The notes under the pieces: generated by a model
What the model was told of the DNA's origin: nothing
The model's input: the letters and a program-made list of their open reading frames with translations, nothing else
Databases searched by the model: none
In this document: one piece after another, positions 1 through 6,432 of the stretch
Numbering within the stretch: the first letter of the stretch is position 1
Layout of the letters: each line of letters starts with the position of its first letter
Program-made: the position numbers and the translations under genes
NCBI GenBank assembly: GCA_039000165.1
Contig: JAWBTW010000022.1
Coordinates: 1 to 10,394 of the forward strand
Reading direction: 5' to 3'
DNA from: Candidatus Aenigmatarchaeota archaeon
GTDB taxonomy: Archaea; Aenigmatarchaeota; Aenigmatarchaeia; CG10238-14; SCSR01
DNA length: 10,394 bases

Positions 1-555
1 GTCATTAAACCCATAAACTAAAAACTTATAAATTGCTTTCTCGTTTGGCATTAGTGGAATAGATTTATCTTGTAAGATTGCTTTTATCTCAGAAGCAAAG
101 ACGAATTTTTTTCCATTAGCATAATAGTAAAGCGGTTTTATGCCAAATCTATCCCTAACTAAAATCAATGTCTTCCTTCTTTTATCCCAAATAGCAAAGG
201 CAAACATTCCATTTAATTTTTCTAGGCAGTTTATACCCCATTCTTCATAAGCATGAACTATAACTTCTGTATCACTCTTTGTATAAAAATTGTGACCAAG
301 TTTAATCAACTCTTCTCTTAATTCAAGAAAGTTATAAATCTCTCCGTTATGTACTACCCACACATTCTTTTTTTCATTGTAAATGGGTTGTTTACCAGAC
401 TTGATATCTATGATAGCAAGTCTTCTGCTCCCTAAAGCAACATTTTTATCAAAAAGTATTCCACTATCATCAGGACCACGATGCTTTAAAGTTTTAAGCA
501 TCTTTCTAAGCAAAGGTTTGTTTTCAGTCCCAAAATAACCAGCTATACCACACAT
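1..555 (-). CDS. asnB: Asparagine synthase (glutamine-hydrolysing)-family amidotransferase, N-terminal Ntn glutaminase domain; partial, runs off the left edge
   Basis: Missing from the ORF track; translated by hand from ATG at 555: MCGIAGYFG...LKHRGPDDSG...GSRRLAIID...GKQPIYNE...HNGEIYNF...SDTEVI...LNGMFAFAIWD...RDRFGIKPLYY...FASEIKAIL. The N-terminal Cys nucleophile and the class II GATase motifs are present, and the frame is open to position 1. It starts 6 nt after the epimerase stop. In a glycan locus it is probably a sugar amidotransferase. Confidence 0.95.
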   Translation of the reverse strand, partial: MCGIAGYFGTENKPLLRKMLKTLKHRGPDDSGILFDKNVALGSRRLAIIDIKSGKQPIYNEKKNVWVVHNGEIYNFLELREELIKLGHNFYTKSDTEVIVHAYEEWGINCLEKLNGMFAFAIWDKRRKTLILVRDRFGIKPLYYYANGKKFVFASEIKAILQDKSIPLMPNEKAIYKFLVYGFND

Positions 556-561
556 AAAAAG

Positions 562-1683
562 TTAGACCCCTAATTTTTTCTCTAAAATATCAACTATTCT
601 TTTGCTTGCCTTCCCGTCGCCTAAAGGATTTTTGGATTTTTTAACACCTTTATAAAAAGCACCTTTTCTTTTCACATCTTCTAAATAATAAAGAATTTTT
701 TCGGGATTAAACCCTGTTAAAACAGTAGCTCCAGCCTTAACAGTTTCAACCCATTCTGTTACATTTCTCATTAATATACAAGGAATTTTAAGTATGCACG
801 CTTCTTCTTGCAATCCACCACTGTCTGTCAATACTGCTTCAGCATTTTTCACTATGTTCAACCATTCCATGTAGGGAATGGGATCTGATAGATGAACATG
901 ACTCATTTCTTTCAGAGAAGACAATAGATGAAGTCTTTCTAGTTTTCTTTTTGTGTTTAAATTAAGAGGAAAAACAACATTGAATGGACACTTCTCTATT
1001 GTTTTTACAAGTAATTGCATTTTCTTTTTGTTGTTTATATTTTCGAATCTGTGAAGACTTATAGCAACATAATTTTTATATTTAACTTTGATTTTGAATT
1101 TTTTGAGAATATATTCAACCGTTTCCACCATCGGATCCCCAACATAATACATCTCTCCATGAACACCCTCTCTTTTTAAGTTTTTAACTGCGGTTGGAGT
1201 TGGACAAAAGTGAATATTCGTAAACCTATCAGCAATAACTCTATTAATCTCTTCCGGAATAGGCTCAAAAAAATTATGGGAACGCATTCCAGACTCTCTG
1301 TGGGCGAGTAATATTCCCCTTAAAGACAATCTTGCAGCTAGTGCGGTTAAAGGTACGAAAATAGTATCACCTTGGTAAATAACAATTTTTGGTTTTTCTT
1401 TTCTAAAAATCTGCAATAATTTAGGAAATTTTGTAGAGACCCAATAAGAAAAAACTTGAATTGACCCGAAAAAACCTTTTCTAGACCAAACTTCTCTTAA
1501 GCTTTCTCCTAAATTTATGTCAGGTTCTGGTAAATCAAGTTTTTTCATCCAATCTATTATTGTTTGTTGTCCGTGCTGCCCTGTATTTAAAATTTTAAAT
1601 GGTAACCTTCTTTTTTGGCATTCCCTAATTATAGTAGAAAATTTTATTGCTTCGGATCTTGTACCTATTATAAAGATAATCAT
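562..1683 (-). CDS. wecB: UDP-N-acetylglucosamine 2-epimerase family protein (non-hydrolysing, WecB/WbpI-like), about 373 aa
   Basis: Motifs GTRSEAIK, NTGQH, QGDT, ESGMRS, PEEINR, LHRFEN, TDSGGLQEEA, RNVTEW and NPLGDGKAS. The start is moved from 1776 to ATG 1683 (MIIFIIGTR), which matches the family N-terminus and removes the overlap with the divergent gene. Confidence 0.93.
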   Translation of the reverse strand: MIIFIIGTRSEAIKFSTIIRECQKRRLPFKILNTGQHGQQTIIDWMKKLDLPEPDINLGESLREVWSRKGFFGSIQVFSYWVSTKFPKLLQIFRKEKPKIVIYQGDTIFVPLTALAARLSLRGILLAHRESGMRSHNFFEPIPEEINRVIADRFTNIHFCPTPTAVKNLKREGVHGEMYYVGDPMVETVEYILKKFKIKVKYKNYVAISLHRFENINNKKKMQLLVKTIEKCPFNVVFPLNLNTKRKLERLHLLSSLKEMSHVHLSDPIPYMEWLNIVKNAEAVLTDSGGLQEEACILKIPCILMRNVTEWVETVKAGATVLTGFNPEKILYYLEDVKRKGAFYKGVKKSKNPLGDGKASKRIVDILEKKLGV

Positions 1684-1714
1684 ACATATATTTCTTCTAA
1701 CTTTAAAAATAAGT
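1684..1714. promoter_or_regulatory. 31-bp divergent intergenic region with putative overlapping archaeal TATA-type promoters
   Basis: Lies between ATG 1683 (-) and ATG 1715 (+). Minus-strand TTTTTAAA at 1709-1702 is 19-26 nt upstream of the epimerase ATG. Plus-strand ATATATTT at 1686-1693 is 22-29 nt upstream of the GT4 ATG. No Shine-Dalgarno is visible. The AT-rich background weakens the signal. Confidence 0.45.
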
Positions 1715-2830
1715 ATGCAAAAGATTAGAGTTTTTTTACTTTCTGGAAATTTGCCATTGTACATGGAAATGCTCAAGTTTCCACCAAAGCATGTAAAATA
1801 TTTAGGAACACCTTCAAAAGGAGCAAGAAGTTATTATTCAAAAATTAATGAAATAAGAAGGAAAACAGTCTGGTGTATTACTCAAATTTTTAAGATACCT
1901 CGAATGGTTTTTGTTCTAACAAGTGCAGATATTATACATTCAAACAGGGGAATTTGTGTTTTAAACAGGAAGCCCTGGATTATTGATGTTGATCATCCTT
2001 CATCTTTTTTGAGTTTTTCTCCTATTTGGAATGAAGAAAAATATAGAAAAATTCCTGAAAAACTTCTTTCTTCAAAGTTTTGTAAAAAGATAATGCCTTG
2101 GTCTTGGGCTTGTTTTAAATCTATGATTAGCTCTTTCTCAAAAAACGAAAGAATAAAAGAAAAAATGGAAGTTTTATATCCAGCAACCTTTTTATATGAA
2201 GGAAAAAAGAAAGCCGAAAAAGAATTTATTACTTTGCTTTATGTTTCAAGTTTATTTAAAGAAAAAGGAGGAATGGAAGTTTTAAAAGCTTTTGAAATTT
2301 TAAGAAGAAAATTTGATGTTAAGCTAATCTTTAAGTGTGATGTACCAGATGAAATAAAGGAAAAATTCAAATTTCCAGAGATAGAGTTCTACCAATATAA
2401 AAAAGAAATTCTGCCAAGAGAAAAATTGTTATCTCAATTCTTTGCAAGAGCTGATATTTTTGTTTATCCAACCTATTTTGATATTTTTGGTTTATGTTTG
2501 CTAGATGCTTTGGCCGTAGGTCTACCAATAGTTGCCACAGATGTTTTTGCGGTGCCAGAAATTGTTGAAGATAATAAAAACGGTTTTTTAATTCACTCCC
2601 CTATAAGATGGCATGATGAAACTTATCTATGGAACCCTGTTGGCGGTTCAAAAAAAGATAAAGAATTTATTGTGAAGCAGTTAGTAGAAAAGCTTTCTTT
2701 GTTGATAGAAGATTCTTCTTTAAGAAGAAGAATGGGAAGATATAGTAGGAGGTTAGTGGAAAGAGGAAGATTTTCGATAAAAGAGAGAAACGAAAAATTA
2801 AGAAAAATATACGAAGAAGCGATAAGATAG
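1715..2830 (+). CDS. Glycosyltransferase family 4 (GT-B fold, RfaB-like), about 371 aa
   Basis: C-terminal GT4 signature LLYVS..FKEKGG..VLKAF and ADIFVYPTYFDIFGLCLLDALAVGLPIVATDVFAVPEIVED.KNGFLI, ending LRRRMG...FS. The start is moved from 1517 to ATG 1715 because the upstream part is antisense to the epimerase gene. Confidence 0.92.
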   Translation: MQKIRVFLLSGNLPLYMEMLKFPPKHVKYLGTPSKGARSYYSKINEIRRKTVWCITQIFKIPRMVFVLTSADIIHSNRGICVLNRKPWIIDVDHPSSFLSFSPIWNEEKYRKIPEKLLSSKFCKKIMPWSWACFKSMISSFSKNERIKEKMEVLYPATFLYEGKKKAEKEFITLLYVSSLFKEKGGMEVLKAFEILRRKFDVKLIFKCDVPDEIKEKFKFPEIEFYQYKKEILPREKLLSQFFARADIFVYPTYFDIFGLCLLDALAVGLPIVATDVFAVPEIVEDNKNGFLIHSPIRWHDETYLWNPVGGSKKDKEFIVKQLVEKLSLLIEDSSLRRRMGRYSRRLVERGRFSIKERNEKLRKIYEEAIR

Positions 2831-4264
2831 TTAAATTTTAAGGACTCTTCTTCCTAAATTTTTCATCCAGTTTATTATTTCATTAATAAATAAAACCGAT
2901 AATTTTCCACTTACAAAACAATCTGGGTGTAAACTTACAAATTTATTATAAGAAAAAAACTTCCCCATTTTAAGGTTGTTGATAATGTTCTTTTTCAAAT
3001 CCTTCACATTCTTATAATTTACACCACTTTCTAAACCAAGGAAAATAGCAGACTTTAAATCTTTAATTTTGTGAGCATCATTACCACCCAAACTGTAGAA
3101 GAATTTATTCTTTCTTATCATTTTTTTAAGCCAAATCAAGTTGTTTACAGGAGGGACAGTTCCATGGTATTTTTTGTTCCATACTTCAACGATACTTAAA
3201 CTCGGTGGTTCATAAAATTCAGGAGAAACATGTGCGAATACAAATAGTATTTTATTCCTTTTACAATAACTTATAACTTTTTTAACAGATCTTGAAAAGT
3301 AATACTTTTTTGGATCAATTAAAAGAATATGACTTTCCTTACAAGAAATTTCTAATCCCGGAATTAAAACCAAATTCCTGCTACTGAATTTTTCACATTC
3401 TTTTTTGTATTCTTCCCAAGATCTTTTATTCATGTCTTCAGCATGTTCAGTTAAGAAAACAAATTTTATGTCATTTTTTAAACAAAAATTTTTCAAATTC
3501 TCTAAAGAAAGCTTTCCATCGTGAGAGTAGTCAGAATGTATATGAAAAATTCCCTTAATACTTGGTTTCAACTCATTTCTTCTATTGGAAATGCTATTAA
3601 CTTCTTTCAAGTAGCCTAGAAAGCTTATAATTTTCCTAGAGGTAAGTATGTTAGGGTTTTTAAATAAAAAATTATCTTGAATTGGTATGGCAGGATAAAC
3701 TGCTTTACTATCATCCACAAAACCTATGTCAGAAGTTCTTATGAACTTGTAGCCATACTTTGAACAATTTTTTATAACATTCTGATTATATTTACCTCCG
3801 GGTAAAGAGATAGAGACGATTTTAGTATGCAGAATTGATTCCAATTTATTTTTAGATTCTTGCAATTCTTTAATTAGTTCCTCTTCTTTTAACATTGTAA
3901 GATCTTTGTGAGAGGCTGTGTGAGAACCTACTTCCATCCCATAATCACGTAGCTCTTTAATTTGAGAAACGGTAAGATAATTTTTTTGCCCAAAAGTATT
4001 TGTGATAATAAAAAAAGTGCCATTTACACCATATTTTTTCATTATTTGAAATGCACCATATTGTGATGAGTCGCCATCATCAAAGGTTAAACAAACGACA
4101 TTCTTTTTCTTTGTTTTATTTAACTCTTTTAACCTTACGAAGACGAAGTTTTTCTTTTTGAAAAAATTTATTATCCTTTCGAAACAGTTTAAACTCAAAG
4201 AATACCTGTCTTTAATGTATTTCTTTTTTTCATAAAACCTATGAAATACTAGGACAATCTTCAA
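2831..4264 (-). CDS. Two-domain protein: N-terminal CE4/NodB polysaccharide deacetylase fused to a C-terminal PHP metallo-phosphoesterase domain
   Basis: CE4 motifs: VLVFHRF, LTFDDG (TFDDG at 4087-4073), GTFFIIT, EVGSHTASH (HTASH at 3922-3908) and SLPGG. PHP motifs: HIHSDYSHDG (HIH at 3544-3536), LTEH, PGLEIS, HILL, FAH, EVWN and GGNDAH (GNDAH at 3085-3071). The start is placed at TTG 4264, which overlaps the upstream TGA as TTGA and has GGGGTG about 10 nt upstream. ATG 4282 is the alternative start. Confidence 0.85.
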   Translation of the reverse strand: MKIVLVFHRFYEKKKYIKDRYSLSLNCFERIINFFKKKNFVFVRLKELNKTKKKNVVCLTFDDGDSSQYGAFQIMKKYGVNGTFFIITNTFGQKNYLTVSQIKELRDYGMEVGSHTASHKDLTMLKEEELIKELQESKNKLESILHTKIVSISLPGGKYNQNVIKNCSKYGYKFIRTSDIGFVDDSKAVYPAIPIQDNFLFKNPNILTSRKIISFLGYLKEVNSISNRRNELKPSIKGIFHIHSDYSHDGKLSLENLKNFCLKNDIKFVFLTEHAEDMNKRSWEEYKKECEKFSSRNLVLIPGLEISCKESHILLIDPKKYYFSRSVKKVISYCKRNKILFVFAHVSPEFYEPPSLSIVEVWNKKYHGTVPPVNNLIWLKKMIRKNKFFYSLGGNDAHKIKDLKSAIFLGLESGVNYKNVKDLKKNIINNLKMGKFFSYNKFVSLHPDCFVSGKLSVLFINEIINWMKNLGRRVLKI

Positions 4265-5397
4265 GGTCTTATAACACCCCATAATTTATATAAAAATTCT
4301 GCAAAAAACGGCAACGGATCTTTCCAATCAAATACATAAGGTTTGCACTTAAGTAGTAAGAAGAGGTTTTGAAGTGCTTCGAAAAAGTTTGGATAGTATA
4401 AATTCCATCCTTTAGGTTTTCCTCTGAGTACTCTCAAAAGGTATATCAACACACCCAATAAATGACCAGAATAGACTTTTTTCCATTTTCTTACAGCTAT
4501 GAACTTCTTTCCAACTGCTAAACAATAAAGCTGATAAGGAAAATCAACACCCGCATGAATTGCTAATGGCAAAGAACCCCAAAATCTTCCGTTAATTTCT
4601 ATAAGTTTGAATTTACCATCTTTCTCATCTTTCTTAAACTCAACCATTATTACTCCATTCCATTTCAACCTTTTAATAATTTTTTCAGAATATTTCTTCA
4701 TTTTAGGATAAACTCTTGAAGAGACACAGATAGCGCTACCGCTTCCTTTAGGGTCCTGTTCTACAATTCTTTTATGAGCAAAACATTGCAATATTTTCCC
4801 ATTTTTACATAACGCAAAAAACCCGTAAGTGTCGCCGACGATAACTTCTTGAACAAATGGGAATGGAGATTTTTTATGATATCGAAGATATTCTTCTGTA
4901 AAATTTTCTTTACTAAAAACGTAATGGGGGCGCAAATGATACTTATAATAACTTGGTCTTATTATTACAGGATATCTTATTTTTTCCTTTAATTCTTCCA
5001 GTTCTTCTAACTTCTTTATTGTCCAAGTCTTTGGTATAGGAACTTTAATTTTTTTCATAAGATTTATTGTAGTGATTTTATTGGCAACTGTTTCAAGAGA
5101 TTTAGTAGGGGGTAAAACTTTAGGTAAATTTTTAATTTTAGAAAGAATAATCGAATCTTCCTCTCCTGCTGGGATTATTAAATCATATTCATTCTTTACA
5201 ATTCTCATAAGTTTATTTAGCCAAAATCTTTTACTATCCGGTAATATGTATCTTTTTTTGCAATATTTAGAAAAAAAGCATAGCGCAAGTGGATGCTTAC
5301 TAGCAACATCCACATTTATATTTTTTTTCCCAAGACTGCGAACTATGGCTAAGGTTTTCCACTGTTCTCCACCAAGAACTAAAACTCTGTTTTTCAT
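4261..5397 (-). CDS. ATP-grasp carboxylate-amine ligase of the polysaccharide-locus type, about 378 aa
   Basis: N-terminal LAIVRSLGKK...FFSKYC; ATP-grasp elements ANK, IPKT, YPVIIRP, FVQEVIVG, WNGVIMVEFK.D..DG.FKLIEINGRFWGSLPLAI.AGVDFP; C-terminal DPLPF. The codon at 5400 is TTG, so the adjacent ATG at 5397 is taken as the start. Confidence 0.88.
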   Translation of the reverse strand: MKNRVLVLGGEQWKTLAIVRSLGKKNINVDVASKHPLALCFFSKYCKKRYILPDSKRFWLNKLMRIVKNEYDLIIPAGEEDSIILSKIKNLPKVLPPTKSLETVANKITTINLMKKIKVPIPKTWTIKKLEELEELKEKIRYPVIIRPSYYKYHLRPHYVFSKENFTEEYLRYHKKSPFPFVQEVIVGDTYGFFALCKNGKILQCFAHKRIVEQDPKGSGSAICVSSRVYPKMKKYSEKIIKRLKWNGVIMVEFKKDEKDGKFKLIEINGRFWGSLPLAIHAGVDFPYQLYCLAVGKKFIAVRKWKKVYSGHLLGVLIYLLRVLRGKPKGWNLYYPNFFEALQNLFLLLKCKPYVFDWKDPLPFFAEFLYKLWGVIRP

Positions 5398-5498
5398 CAA
5401 TAAGTATTTATTTTAATTTAATTTTTAATTTAACAGATGTAATGCGGATTTTTAAAGAATAAATGGCTTGGTCTGTTGGAATTTTAGTTGGCCTTAAA

Positions 5499-6428
5499 TT
5501 AATCTTTAATAAGTTCTAGTAAAATTGCTTTTTGAATGTGTAATCTATTTTCTGCTTGGTCGAAAATTATGGAATTCTTTGATTCAATAGTATAATCATC
5601 TATTTCCAAACCTCTATGCGCAGGTAGAGGATGCATTACTAATACGTTTGGGTTAAGTTCCAAAAGCTTTTTATTAACTTGATAAGGAGCAAATGTCTTT
5701 ATTCTTCTTTCTTTTTCTTTTTTGAACTTTGGGTCTAAAAACAATTCCATGTCAATCCATGTGTCTGTATAGATTATGTCAGCATCTTTTATGGCCTTTC
5801 TAGGGTCTTTCTCTTCAAAGTATAAACCTGTTTTCTTTGCTTCTTTTATTATTTCTTCATCAAAACTTGGAGGATGTCTTTCAGGAGAACATAGAACAAA
5901 ATTCATCCCTACCTTTGTACAACCTACTGTAAGCGAATTGCTTATGTTATTTGCTATTCCCATGTAAACTAATTTTAAACCTTCCAACTTTCCTTTCTTC
6001 TCTTTTATAGTAAGTAAGTCCCCTAATATTTGGCAAGGATGATATTTCTCACAACAACCATTAATTACCGGTACTTCTGCTGCATCAGCTAGTAGTTTTA
6101 AGTCCGCATGTTTCAACATCCTTGCCATAATTGCATCTGAATATCTAGCTATACATCTTGCCTCATCTCTAATATCTGCTATAGGGAATTGAGTAGTTCT
6201 CCAATCCAAGTAAATAGCATGTCCACCCATTTGTGTCATAGCAACTTCAAAAGATACCCTAGTTCTGGTAGAAGTTTTCTGAAATATCATTGCTAGAGTC
6301 TTTCCTTCTAAAGATTTTGAAAATTTCTTTGGATTTCTTTTAATTTCTATTGCCTTATCAATAAGATATTTTATTTCTTCTTTTGTGTAATCTTTCAAAG
6401 TAAGCAAATCTCTTCCTTTTAAATTCAT
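5499..6428 (-). CDS. argF: Ornithine carbamoyltransferase-like transcarbamylase (ATCase/OTCase superfamily) with atypical substrate-binding motifs, about 309 aa
   Basis: Carbamoyl-phosphate motifs FQKTSTRTRVSFE, AR, HPCQ and QAENRLH are intact, and the overall layout is OTCase-like. It has DTWIDME instead of DxxxSMG and HPLP instead of HCLP. Start is ATG 6428, 4 nt after the stop of the NodU-like gene; the ORF-track start at 6446 is a TTG inside that gene. The family call is firm, but ornithine specificity is not. Confidence 0.8.
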   Translation of the reverse strand: MNLKGRDLLTLKDYTKEEIKYLIDKAIEIKRNPKKFSKSLEGKTLAMIFQKTSTRTRVSFEVAMTQMGGHAIYLDWRTTQFPIADIRDEARCIARYSDAIMARMLKHADLKLLADAAEVPVINGCCEKYHPCQILGDLLTIKEKKGKLEGLKLVYMGIANNISNSLTVGCTKVGMNFVLCSPERHPPSFDEEIIKEAKKTGLYFEEKDPRKAIKDADIIYTDTWIDMELFLDPKFKKEKERRIKTFAPYQVNKKLLELNPNVLVMHPLPAHRGLEIDDYTIESKNSIIFDQAENRLHIQKAILLELIKD

Positions 6429-6432
6429 TTTC

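Noticed and set aside
1517..1776. Apparent 260-bp head-to-head overlap of the epimerase and GT4 ORFs in the ORF track
   Set aside because: Artefact of longest-ORF calling. Family-like sequence starts at ATG 1683 (-) and plausibly ATG 1715 (+), which removes the overlap.
5072..5416. 114-aa plus-strand ORF
   Set aside because: Antisense shadow of the ATP-grasp gene with no recognisable motif.
5411..5433. Short tandem TTTTAATTTAA x2 in the intergenic gap upstream of the ATP-grasp gene
   Set aside because: Only two copies of pure AT sequence in an AT-rich window. It may be part of a promoter but cannot be supported as a repeat element.
5776..5967. 63-aa plus-strand ORF
   Set aside because: Antisense shadow inside the transcarbamylase gene.
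5499..6428. Calling the transcarbamylase PyrB because of its HPLP motif
   Set aside because: HPCQ, YTDTW and QAENR are OTCase-like, and the ATCase motifs HPTQ and RxQxER are absent.
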